Part shown: positions 1-8,522 of the stretch, in pieces
Numbering within the stretch: position 1 is the stretch's first letter
Layout: every line of letters begins with the position of its first letter
NCBI GenBank assembly: GCA_964531475.1
Contig: CAZHCS010000004.1
Location: 1-56,345 of the forward strand
DNA from: an uncultured Candidatus Saccharibacteria bacterium
GTDB taxonomy: Bacteria; Patescibacteriota; Minisyncoccia; Phycocordibacterales; CSBR16-119
Reading direction: 5' to 3'
Length of the DNA: 56,345 nt
The notes under the pieces: generated by a model
What the model saw: only the letters and a program-made list of their open reading frames with translations
Database searches by the model: none
Told to the model about the DNA's origin: nothing
Position numbers and translations under genes: made by a program

Positions 1-1493
1 GGGAGCTCTTTAATCCAGTTTCTGCTCCTGGTCGCGAAGCGCAGTATATAGACAGTGGTTGGGCTTCACTTATTCTCGCTCTTGCTACGTTCGTTAATAT
101 TACGCTTGGTCTCGCGTTCTTGTCGGTCTTTTTGTTGTTCGCGGCTCGGGTGATAGGGCTCTGGTTCATGATTATTTTCTCGCCGGTGGCGTTTTTGACG
201 GTTGGCGTGCCAAGTATAGGTGGGTTCTTTAAGGGCATGTCATTTTCTGGTTGGCTTAACCAGACAATGTCGTTGTCGTTCATGGCGCCAATTTTCATGT
301 TCTTCTTGTTCCTACTCGTCATGTTTTTGGAGGTAGTTTACGGCACGACGATACCGGGCGATCAGCAGAGTAGTATGCAGAAGATTATGGCGGTCGTGGT
401 GCCGTTTATCGCGGTTATTACCATCATTCGTTTCGCTAAAGACCAAGCCAAGACTATGTCCGGCAAATTCGGCGAGGCGCTGGTAGGTGCGGTTGGCAAG
501 ATCGCGGGCATAGCCGGTACGGCCGCACTAGGAACTGTAGCTTTCGCCGGTAGAAGGGTAATCGGCGGTGCGGCAAGTATGGGTTTGAGAAATGGCAATT
601 TCGAAGCGAGAATCGCACAAGCGCAAGTGGACGCTCAAAATGCTACAACAGTTACAGGAAAAGCTGCGGCTCAAGCGAAGTTGAGAACGCTTATGGCTAC
701 TCAGTCTCGTCTGCAAAAATTTAAAGATAGCAGTTTTGATATAAGAAATGCTGATAAATCAAAAATGCTCTATGGTGCGGTTGGGGGAGTTGCTGGGTAC
801 TTAGGAAAAAATTTCATAAAGCCAACCATGAAAGATGTGGGTGGAAAAGATTTGGATTTCGGAAAAGGCAGCAAGGAAAGCAGGGGTAAATTCGAAAGCG
901 AAAAGGAAAAAGAAAAGCTAAAACGAGCTGAAGAGTTGTCGGCGGTCAGGCATAACGAATATGGTGAAGTTGTCGAGGCTACTAAGCAAATGATACGAGA
1001 CAATATTGAAGGTTTAAAGGACGAGAGAATTACTATTGAAGAAGGATTTAAAAAAGAAACAAAAGCCATAACGGATAAACTAGATGAGCTCAAGAAGAAA
1101 GATTCATGGACAGATGAAGATTTGAAAGAATCTATTGAGCTTGAAAAGAGAAAAGCAGAGATACCGCTCGAAATGAAAGAAGCCTTGGCAAAAAATTATG
1201 ATGAAACCGAGGCGCAAATGAAAGAATTGGCTCAAAAAGATGATTATTGGATCAAGAAAGAGCAGACAAGGAGAAGAGAGCTTTATGCCGACGATGTTTC
1301 TAAAAGGGATTTCTGGGGTCTGTATATGGGTGTTGATAATAAAGAAATTGCGTACAACATAAGAAAAGGAAAGGCCTCGAAGAGTGACGCCGACAAGCTA
1401 AAAGAAATTGTCGGTTCGATGACTAAAAAAGACGAGCCGGAAAGTAAACCACCAAAAGATGATTCTGGGGGAGGCGATAAAGAAAAAAAGTAA
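1..1493 (+). CDS. VirB6/TrbL-like polytopic membrane protein (5' end cut by window edge) with long Lys/Glu-rich coiled-coil tail
   Basis: Frame is open from nt 3, with no stop upstream of the listed TTG at 120. Hydrophobic helices (FLLFAARVIGLWFMIIFSPVAFL, MAPIFMFFLFLLVMFLEVV, MAVVVPFIAVITII) are followed by a charged tail. First gene of the PrgI/VirB4 locus. Confidence 0.55.
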   Translation, partial: ELFNPVSAPGREAQYIDSGWASLILALATFVNITLGLAFLSVFLLFAARVIGLWFMIIFSPVAFLTVGVPSIGGFFKGMSFSGWLNQTMSLSFMAPIFMFFLFLLVMFLEVVYGTTIPGDQQSSMQKIMAVVVPFIAVITIIRFAKDQAKTMSGKFGEALVGAVGKIAGIAGTAALGTVAFAGRRVIGGAASMGLRNGNFEARIAQAQVDAQNATTVTGKAAAQAKLRTLMATQSRLQKFKDSSFDIRNADKSKMLYGAVGGVAGYLGKNFIKPTMKDVGGKDLDFGKGSKESRGKFESEKEKEKLKRAEELSAVRHNEYGEVVEATKQMIRDNIEGLKDERITIEEGFKKETKAITDKLDELKKKDSWTDEDLKESIELEKRKAEIPLEMKEALAKNYDETEAQMKELAQKDDYWIKKEQTRRRELYADDVSKRDFWGLYMGVDNKEIAYNIRKGKASKSDADKLKEIVGSMTKKDEPESKPPKDDSGGGDKEKK

Positions 1494-1496
1494 TCT

Positions 1497-2078
1497 ATGG
1501 ATGAACACCAGAGACAACTCATACGAGAGCGGATGGAAGAAATCCCGACAAAAGTCAGAGAGGCTATTGAGAATTCTAACTGGGAAAGAGTTGTCTTTGA
1601 TATAGGTCGGTCACTCAAGCTTCATATGGATGATATTGATGCGGTGGCTATCGAGACTATTCTTACCATGACAGGATTGGAGCATCCAGAAGATTTTTAT
1701 GAAAATATAAAGAGGGAGACGGGTATAAAAAGTGAAGATCTTGTAAAACTTGTCGAAGAGATCAATGAAAAACTCTTTTCTAAGATTAGGGAGGCTCTCC
1801 AAGATTACTACACAAGTAATAGTGAAGATGGCCTACAGTCCTTAGAAAAAAAAGTTTTTAAGGAAGCCGGAATATCGTTTGGTGACGAAGTTGAGACGGT
1901 GACGACCATGTCCTCGCCGCAGCCTGTTGCTCCGGCTGTGCCTGTTGCAAAGGCTGCTTTGACACCAAAGCCTGCACCAGCGCCTATGCCAAATGTCTTT
2001 GAAACAAAGACAACAAAAATTTCTGCCGAAGGAAAACCCGAAGGCTTTTTCGATCCCTATCGGGAGAATATTGAGTAG
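1497..2078 (+). CDS. hypothetical protein of the T4SS-like locus (helical acidic N-half, Pro/Ala-rich C-half)
   Basis: ATG lies 4 nt after the previous stop. 193-aa ORF with no motif I can name. Confidence 0.5.
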   Translation: MDEHQRQLIRERMEEIPTKVREAIENSNWERVVFDIGRSLKLHMDDIDAVAIETILTMTGLEHPEDFYENIKRETGIKSEDLVKLVEEINEKLFSKIREALQDYYTSNSEDGLQSLEKKVFKEAGISFGDEVETVTTMSSPQPVAPAVPVAKAALTPKPAPAPMPNVFETKTTKISAEGKPEGFFDPYRENIE

Positions 2079-2159
2079 GTAGAAAGTAGAACATTGAATT
2101 ATTTCATAAAAAGATGAGACGATCGTCTACTTACTACTTCCTACTTACTACTTCCTACG
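2076..2159. repeat. TAG/TAA-rich purine arm and pyrimidine arm forming an imperfect inverted repeat in the intergenic spacer
   Basis: TAGGTAGAAAGTAGAAC (2076-2092) faces CTACTTACTACTTCCTACTTACTACTTCCTACG (2127-2159). The same unit family recurs at other gene boundaries. Confidence 0.6.
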
Positions 2160-2160
2160 T

Positions 2161-2166
2161 TATAAT
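2161..2166 (+). promoter_or_regulatory. -10 box TATAAT placed 6 nt before the ATG at 2173 (leaderless geometry)
   Basis: Sequence reads cttcctacgtTATAATcaatccATG, with no Shine-Dalgarno possible in 6 nt. Confidence 0.5.
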
Positions 2167-2172
2167 CAATCC

Positions 2173-2586
2173 ATGCGTTTCCAAGTTCCTCAATTTATCG
2201 ACATCGAAGACAAGATATTCGGACCGTTCACTTTTAAACAGTTCTTGTATTTGGCTGGGGGAGCGGGCGCATCGTACGCTTTGTGGCGACTTTTGCCAAA
2301 GCTTATAGCTATCCCGCTTATATTGCCGATAGCTGGAGTAGCTCTTGCGCTTACGTTCTACAAAGTAAATGGCAAGCCGTTCGTCGAAGTTTTGCAGGCC
2401 TGGTTTGGCTTTGTTTTTAAGAACAAGCTTTTCATCTGGAAGCAGCGCACCCCTGAAAAGACCAAAGCCGTACCCAAAGCCCCGCCGCCTCCGCCGACTG
2501 CCGGTATACCTCGTTTGACAGAAAGTCGCTTATCGGATTTGTCGTGGAGTCTAGACGTTTTGGATATGCAGCAAAAAGATAAATAA
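2173..2586 (+). CDS. PrgI family / VirB3-like small two-TM T4SS protein
   Basis: N-terminus MRFQVPQFIDIEDKIFGPFTFKQFLYLAGG is followed by two hydrophobic helices. Sits immediately 5' of the VirB4 unit. Confidence 0.65.
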   Translation: MRFQVPQFIDIEDKIFGPFTFKQFLYLAGGAGASYALWRLLPKLIAIPLILPIAGVALALTFYKVNGKPFVEVLQAWFGFVFKNKLFIWKQRTPEKTKAVPKAPPPPPTAGIPRLTESRLSDLSWSLDVLDMQQKDK

Positions 2587-2589
2587 TAT

Positions 2590-3234
2590 ATGGCTATCAA
2601 CGCGCAATCATCACAAGCATTCGTACCGATCAAAGAGATCCAGGATGGTATCGTCGTCTTGAAAGACGGCGGTTTGCGCGCAATCCTGATGGCTTCGTCT
2701 ATAAACCTCTCGCTCAAGTCCGAAGACGAACAGACGGCCGTCATCATGCAGTTCCAAAACTTTTTGAACACGCTCGATTTCCCAATTCAGATTTCGGTTC
2801 AGTCTAGAAAATTCGACATCACGACATATATCGGCCTTATCGAGGAAAAACTGAAAGACCAAAGCGAGCCTCTTTTAAAGATCCAGACGCAGGAATATAT
2901 CAAATTCATCAAAGAATTTACCGAGTCGGTCAATATCATGACCAAGCATTTCTTTTTGGTTGTGCCTCTTAGTTTAACCAAAGTCACTGGCTCGGGCGGA
3001 CTTTTAGAAAAAGTTTTGCCGGTCGCAAAGAAAGAAGACTTAAAGGCCAAAGAAAAAGAATTCAGCGAGGAGCGTTCGCAGCTTGAGCAGCGTGTTGCGT
3101 TGGTACAACAGGGGTTGTCGCGTATCGGCGTGCGAACAGCGCAGTTGCGAACGGAAGACGAGGTCGAGCTTTTCTACCGCGTATTTAACCCTGGTGAAGC
3201 TGAGTCGGCTTTTGATATAACTTCGAAAAAATAA
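2590..3234 (+). CDS. hypothetical T4SS-associated protein
   Basis: Starts 4 nt after the prgI-like stop and ends 1 nt before the virB4 ATG. N-terminus IKEIQDGIVVLKDGGLRAILMASSINLSLKSEDEQ resembles N-terminal segments of Gram-positive VirB4-type proteins (recollection only). Confidence 0.5.
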   Translation: MAINAQSSQAFVPIKEIQDGIVVLKDGGLRAILMASSINLSLKSEDEQTAVIMQFQNFLNTLDFPIQISVQSRKFDITTYIGLIEEKLKDQSEPLLKIQTQEYIKFIKEFTESVNIMTKHFFLVVPLSLTKVTGSGGLLEKVLPVAKKEDLKAKEKEFSEERSQLEQRVALVQQGLSRIGVRTAQLRTEDEVELFYRVFNPGEAESAFDITSKK

Positions 3235-3235
3235 T

Positions 3236-5275
3236 ATGGGAATTTTCGACCTATTCAAAAGCAAAAAGACGATAAGCCCGAAACGGGATATTTTGCCTGT
3301 ATTGCCGCAGGAAATATACCAAGCGGCAACGCTCGAACTTCAGGATATCTTGGCGCCGAGCGCGCTCAAGATTTCTCCAAAAGCCTTGCACCTTGGCGAC
3401 AAAATAGCCAGGACGTATTTCGTCATATCGTATCCGCGCTACCTTTCCGATAACTGGTTCACGCCAATCATCAACCTCGACAAAATATTTGACGTTGCTA
3501 TACATATCCAGCCGCTTGATACCAATACGATCTTGCGCAAATTCCAGAAAAAAGTCGCCGAAGTCCAGAGTCAGATCAATGTCCGCGAATCGCGCGGTGT
3601 TGTGCGCGATCCGGTGCTCGATACAGCGTACCAAGACCTGGAGTCACTCCGTGACTCGCTCCAGCAGGCCCAGGACAAAATGTTCGACGTCGGGCTATAT
3701 ATCACCATCTACGCCGACGATATGCCGGAGCTGTTGAAGCTCGAGAACGAGATCAAGTCTATTCTCGAAGCAAAGCTCGTGTATTTGAAGCCGGCATTGT
3801 TCCAACAAGACACGGCGTTTTCGAGTGTCGCCCCGCTTGGTACGGATTTCTTGTCCGTCCATCAGAAAATGAATACCGAACCTCTGTCTTCGCTATTTCC
3901 ATTCGTATCCTTCGACCTCTCATCCGACAAGGGCATACTATACGGCATCAATCGCCACAATTCGTCTCTTATCATTTTCGATCGCTTTAGTCTTGAAAAC
4001 TATAACTCGGTTACGTTCGCCAAATCTGGTTCCGGTAAGTCGTACGCAACCAAGCTCGAGATTTTGCGCACGCTTATGTTCGACGCCGAAGTCATTGTTA
4101 TCGACCCGGAAAGGGAATACGAATACTTGGCCGAAGCTATTGGCGGCAGATATTTCAATATTTCGCTTTCTTCTGAACACCACATAAATCCATTTGATCT
4201 GCCTATACCGTCGGAAGACGAAACGCCCGAAGATGTCTTGCGTGCCAACACGATCCAGCTTGTTGGAATGTTTCGCATCATGCTTGGCGGCCTCACGCCC
4301 GAAGAAGACGCGATAATTGACAAGGCGGTAACAGAAACATACGCACTCAAAGATATTACTGCTGATTCTGATTTCGCTAACATCGAACCACCGCTTCTGT
4401 CTGACTTTGAAATGGTTCTCTCTGGGATCGACGGTTCGGATTCTATAATGACGCGCCTTGCAAAATATACTCGTGGTTCGTGGAAGAATTTCATCAACCA
4501 GCCGACCAACGTCGACATCGGAAAACGATTCATTGTATTTTCGGTCCGCGATATGGAAGACGACTTGAAGCCGACCGCCATGTATATCGTGACTCACTTT
4601 ATTTGGAACGCGGTTAGGAAGAATCTTAAAAAACGTCTTCTCATCGTGGACGAGGCATGGTGGATGATGAAGTCCGAAGACACGGCGTCGTTCCTGTATT
4701 CTATTGCCAAGCGCGGCCGCAAATACTATTTGGGTCTTTCGACCATTACTCAGGACGTAAACGACTTCGTCGAGAGCCAATACGGTATGGCTATTGTCAC
4801 GAACTCTTCGATGCAGCTCTTGCTCAAACAATCGACAAGTTCGGCCGAAGCTTTGCAGAAAGTTTTCAATCTGACCGATGAAGAAAAGTACTTATTGCTC
4901 GAATCCGAAGTGGGCGAGGGCATCTTCTTTGCGGGCCTGAAGCATGTGGCCATCAAGATTATCGCGTCTTATACCGAAGACCAGATCATTACGTCCGATC
5001 CTTCGCAGGTCTTGGCCATAAAAAAGGCTAAAGAGGAATACAAGCGCGACGAAGAGGAGTTCGTCGCAACCGAATCCAAGCGTATCAACGATGCCGTCGC
5101 CGAGTCGAATCGCGCCGAAGAAATAGAAGTCGCTTCGACGCCAAAGCCGGCCCCTGAAGAGCCTGTACCGGTCACTAAATCCCGTCCGCAGAGCGAATCG
5201 GACACCCTAGCCGCCGAAAGTAAAGGTCTCGACGCCGAGATCGACAACCTGGAAGAATTGTTCAAAGACTATTAG
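3236..5275 (+). CDS. virB4: VirB4/TraC-type type IV secretion ATPase
   Basis: 679 aa. Walker A is FAKSGSGKSYATK and Walker B is RLLIVDEAWWMM. Typical N-domain (YFVISYPRYLSDNWFTPIINL), with a PrgI-like gene upstream. Confidence 0.9.
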   Translation: MGIFDLFKSKKTISPKRDILPVLPQEIYQAATLELQDILAPSALKISPKALHLGDKIARTYFVISYPRYLSDNWFTPIINLDKIFDVAIHIQPLDTNTILRKFQKKVAEVQSQINVRESRGVVRDPVLDTAYQDLESLRDSLQQAQDKMFDVGLYITIYADDMPELLKLENEIKSILEAKLVYLKPALFQQDTAFSSVAPLGTDFLSVHQKMNTEPLSSLFPFVSFDLSSDKGILYGINRHNSSLIIFDRFSLENYNSVTFAKSGSGKSYATKLEILRTLMFDAEVIVIDPEREYEYLAEAIGGRYFNISLSSEHHINPFDLPIPSEDETPEDVLRANTIQLVGMFRIMLGGLTPEEDAIIDKAVTETYALKDITADSDFANIEPPLLSDFEMVLSGIDGSDSIMTRLAKYTRGSWKNFINQPTNVDIGKRFIVFSVRDMEDDLKPTAMYIVTHFIWNAVRKNLKKRLLIVDEAWWMMKSEDTASFLYSIAKRGRKYYLGLSTITQDVNDFVESQYGMAIVTNSSMQLLLKQSTSSAEALQKVFNLTDEEKYLLLESEVGEGIFFAGLKHVAIKIIASYTEDQIITSDPSQVLAIKKAKEEYKRDEEEFVATESKRINDAVAESNRAEEIEVASTPKPAPEEPVPVTKSRPQSESDTLAAESKGLDAEIDNLEELFKDY

Positions 5276-5312
5276 ATGGGTAAGTAGGGGGTAGAAAGCA
5301 GAAGTTATTACG

Positions 5313-5337
5313 AAAGGCCGAGAAATACGGCCTTTTT
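5313..5337 (+). terminator. intrinsic terminator after virB4
   Basis: AAAGGCCG-AGAAATA-CGGCCTTTTT: 8-bp stem plus T5. Confidence 0.7.
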
Positions 5338-5378
5338 GGTTTTCCTACTTTTTACTTACTACTTTCTACTTCCTACGA

Positions 5379-5384
5379 TATAAT
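5379..5384 (+). promoter_or_regulatory. -10 box TATAAT 6 nt before the ATG at 5391 (leaderless geometry)
   Basis: cttcctacgaTATAATagcgtcATG. The upstream context ctacttcctacg is the same as at 2161. Confidence 0.5.
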
Positions 5385-5390
5385 AGCGTC

Positions 5391-5966
5391 ATGCCATCAC
5401 GACCAAAAAACGATGCGTCGGTTAATGACGCCGATGCTGCGACTCTTCATAGCGCGGGTGTCGATGTCGACGGTGTAGAGGCGCCAGCCGAAGAGGTTGT
5501 AGTTGATATTGCTGGTGCTGCTGCAAGCGACGAAGATGCTAAAAATGTCGGTATTCGTTTTGTCGAACCGACGCCAACAGCCGCGCCTCCAGTCGATCAT
5601 TCTGATCTTTCGCGTCTTGCCGAAGAGAAGTCTAGGGGTAAAGATTTGGAGGCTGAATTTCGCTCGTCTTTGAGCGATGCGGCTGCGCCTGCCAAGAAAA
5701 GCAGTGCCGGCCTCGCTGAAAAAGAAGGCGTTATGACGAGTCTTTTGTCGAAGATACGTGAAAAACTAGGACTAAAGAAGGCTAAAGTACGTGAAGAGCT
5801 TGCGAGTCTCAAAAAGATGAAAGACGGCATAGCCGAAGATATTGCCGACATCAAAGAGCTAGAAGAGTCAGAAGAAAAGATTGCAGAAAAGATGAAAAAG
5901 CTTGATACGATAAAAGGTGAATTGGAAGCTATCGAAGACGAGGTCGAGAAAGAATTACAATCTTGA
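5391..5966 (+). CDS. hypothetical acidic coiled-coil protein (T4SS-like locus)
   Basis: 191-aa ORF whose C-half is heptad-like and Lys/Glu-rich. First gene of the second transcription unit. Confidence 0.5.
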   Translation: MPSRPKNDASVNDADAATLHSAGVDVDGVEAPAEEVVVDIAGAAASDEDAKNVGIRFVEPTPTAAPPVDHSDLSRLAEEKSRGKDLEAEFRSSLSDAAAPAKKSSAGLAEKEGVMTSLLSKIREKLGLKKAKVREELASLKKMKDGIAEDIADIKELEESEEKIAEKMKKLDTIKGELEAIEDEVEKELQS

Positions 5967-5971
5967 TAAAT

Positions 5972-6943
5972 ATGAGAGGTCACACTGTCATCTTATGCGC
6001 ACTTTCGATACTGATAGGCTGTATGGCTGTACCTTATGACGCCCGCGCGCTCACTGCGAATATTTCCAAGACTCCGGAATACCCAGCTCCGGGCGAGACG
6101 GTTTTTATAAGCGTCTCGGCTCTTGAGTTTAATGCCGCACTTTCGGATATTTCTTGGAAGCTTGACGGTAAACCGCTTGTTTCTGGCGTGGGTAAGACGA
6201 CAGTGTCAGTGACAGCCCCAGCGGCGGGGAAGAAGGCGCTCGTTTCGGCGACAATCAAGCCAAACATTGGCGGCGAACTCGAGCGTTCGATAGAGATCTC
6301 TCCGGCTGGCGTAGACTTACTCTGGGAAGCTACCGACAGCTACGTGCCAGCATTTTATCGTGGTAAGGCATTGCCTATCAAAGAAGGCCAGGTCAAAGTC
6401 GTAGCCGTACCAAATGTTGCAACTGCTAACGGGGCTCTCCGTTCGTCGGGTGCCTTTGCCTACACTTGGCGCAAAGACGGCAAGAACGTACCAAACCAGT
6501 CTGGTCTTGGTAAGGCGGCACTCTCATTTTCTAACCAAATCCTAGACAAGGAAAATCGTGTCGAAGTAGCGGCGACCGATGGCAGCTCGTCTGTTGGGGG
6601 TACGATTATTATTCGCCCGTTCACCCCGGAGGTTATTTTGTATAAAGAAGAAGCGGCGCGCGGGCCCGTACGGGCCCGCGCGCTCCGCGCCGTCGAAGAG
6701 GTTGACGTCTCTCGCGTGACTGTCATCGCCGAACCGTACTTTTTGTCAAAAAATTTCATGACAAATCCTGATATTACGGGGAAGTGGACACTAAACGGCC
6801 AAGAAGCCAAGTCGTCCAGAAAAAACGCACTTCTTATTAATACTGGTTCGACTACAGGCAATGTCTCGGTCGCATTCTCGTACGCCGACGCGCGAAAACT
6901 TTTCCGCAATTTTACGAAATCGTTTACGTTAAATATCAAATAA
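5972..6943 (+). CDS. secreted hypothetical protein, beta-rich (Ig-like repeats likely)
   Basis: Signal-like N-terminus MRGHTVILCALSILIGCMA. ATG at 5972 is preferred over the listed TTG at 5963. Confidence 0.55.
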   Translation: MRGHTVILCALSILIGCMAVPYDARALTANISKTPEYPAPGETVFISVSALEFNAALSDISWKLDGKPLVSGVGKTTVSVTAPAAGKKALVSATIKPNIGGELERSIEISPAGVDLLWEATDSYVPAFYRGKALPIKEGQVKVVAVPNVATANGALRSSGAFAYTWRKDGKNVPNQSGLGKAALSFSNQILDKENRVEVAATDGSSSVGGTIIIRPFTPEVILYKEEAARGPVRARALRAVEEVDVSRVTVIAEPYFLSKNFMTNPDITGKWTLNGQEAKSSRKNALLINTGSTTGNVSVAFSYADARKLFRNFTKSFTLNIK

Positions 6944-6944
6944 C

Positions 6945-8519
6945 ATGAAGCGCCTTCTCTCCATTTTCGCACTCGTTGGTTCGCTCGCTCTTGCGGGAGT
7001 GTTCACTTTTGGCCCAACTGAAGTCGAGGCGCAGAACCCGAATTGTAATGTGACCAACGTCGATTTTCGCACCAACCCGAATGTCGTAGCGAATCCGAAC
7101 GGAGACGACGATGGTGATGGACAATCGAATTTCCAACAAGAATATTTTCAGGACTACGATGGTACATACTTATATATCGACGTGCAGACAAGTGGTTGTT
7201 TAGATGCAGACACGAATGTCGACTTTGGTCTGGACATCTACATAGATAATAGTTGGTGGAGCGGCGGTGACTATCATTTTTTCAATCAAGAACCGAATGA
7301 CATGAAATGGTTCGACGTCCCCACGCAAGATAGTTTTTCCCTGGTGTTCTTTGCGGCAGAAACAGGATGTCATGAGACGATCACCGATACCGCAGAGTGT
7401 ATTTTAAAAGTAAGGACTTCAGATGGTAATTCACAGAATGATTTTTGGCCAGAGTCTCTTCAGTATGACTGTGATGGGGACTGCGATCCGTTTCCGACAC
7501 TCGCAATTGTAGGGTGGCTCTCTTATGGTGCAACTCATCCGAATGACGAACCCGGTGTAAACCCAGGCGCGCCTGGCGGCCAGGCGACCATTTCCTCCGA
7601 AGCATATCTTGCACCATTGCCAGGGCTTGCCGGCCAAGAAGCCGGACTCCAAGGCTTTCTCCAGGGCCTTTTCAATGTACTAATCGTAATTGCCGGTATT
7701 TTGGCGCTCCTTATGATCGTCATTGGAGCTATTCACTATGTTTCTGCCGACAGTTTGGGTGGTACTGAAACGGGTCGCAAGATGATAGGTGCCGCTGTTA
7801 TGGGACTTGTCATTGCTCTTGCAGGATGGGTACTTATCAACACCATCAATCCGAACCTGGCGTCGAATCTGATGATCAAGATTCCGAAAGTCGGTTTTGA
7901 GGTGGAGGGCGACTCAGATACCTATAATAGTGGAACACCAGGATCGAATTTCCAGCTACCTTCCGATGTAGGACTCTATTGCCCTGGCAGTGGTGGCTCG
8001 GCGGCGATACCTCAAATCATCGACAGCTTTATCGGAAAAGTCGCTTACCGTTGGGGTGGAAAAGGGGGCGCATTGGCTGCAGGGCAGAATTTCCCGCTTG
8101 GCCCAGGAGAGACGTCTCAAAATCCTTATATGTGTACGAATGACCAGGGTCAAAAGGTCCCGTGCAATACTTTCTGTCCGACCGGTAACGCATGTCTCGA
8201 TTGTTCAGGATTTGTAAACCATGTTCGTCAGTGTAGTGGCTCGACATCATATGCGACTGGTACTGCTGGTATGATTGCGAATAGTGCTGCAGAAGCAGTA
8301 GACATGAGTCAGTTGAATGCTACCGGAACAAAGATTGGCGAATACACGCTAGTACCTGGGGACTTGCTGATTTGGAACGGGCACGTAGTCGTCTATTATG
8401 GTGACGGGAAATATGCTGAATCAATTGGTGGTGAGGACGGCAGGCAAAAAGGTGCAAACATACGAATTCACAACGTAAAGAAGTACAAGAAGAAAATAAC
8501 GCATATAATCAAGATGTAA
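6945..8519 (+). CDS. secreted protein with VirB2/T4SS-pilin-like TM hairpin fused to a C-terminal NlpC/P60 cell-wall hydrolase domain
   Basis: Signal peptide, then YLAPLPGL...FNVLIVIAGILALLMIVIGAIHYV...GLVIALAGWVLINTINPNL (pilin-type hairpin). The C-terminus carries YRWGGKGG, CLDCSGFV (catalytic Cys) and GDLLIWNGHVVVYYG (His). Confidence 0.75.
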   Translation: MKRLLSIFALVGSLALAGVFTFGPTEVEAQNPNCNVTNVDFRTNPNVVANPNGDDDGDGQSNFQQEYFQDYDGTYLYIDVQTSGCLDADTNVDFGLDIYIDNSWWSGGDYHFFNQEPNDMKWFDVPTQDSFSLVFFAAETGCHETITDTAECILKVRTSDGNSQNDFWPESLQYDCDGDCDPFPTLAIVGWLSYGATHPNDEPGVNPGAPGGQATISSEAYLAPLPGLAGQEAGLQGFLQGLFNVLIVIAGILALLMIVIGAIHYVSADSLGGTETGRKMIGAAVMGLVIALAGWVLINTINPNLASNLMIKIPKVGFEVEGDSDTYNSGTPGSNFQLPSDVGLYCPGSGGSAAIPQIIDSFIGKVAYRWGGKGGALAAGQNFPLGPGETSQNPYMCTNDQGQKVPCNTFCPTGNACLDCSGFVNHVRQCSGSTSYATGTAGMIANSAAEAVDMSQLNATGTKIGEYTLVPGDLLIWNGHVVVYYGDGKYAESIGGEDGRQKGANIRIHNVKKYKKKITHIIKM

Positions 8520-8522
8520 TTT

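Noticed and set aside
3938-4831. 297-aa minus-strand ORF, with further overlapping ORFs at 4000-4581.
   Set aside because: It is antisense inside the well-supported virB4 gene, and its Arg/Val/Phe-rich low-complexity translation is typical of shadow ORFs.
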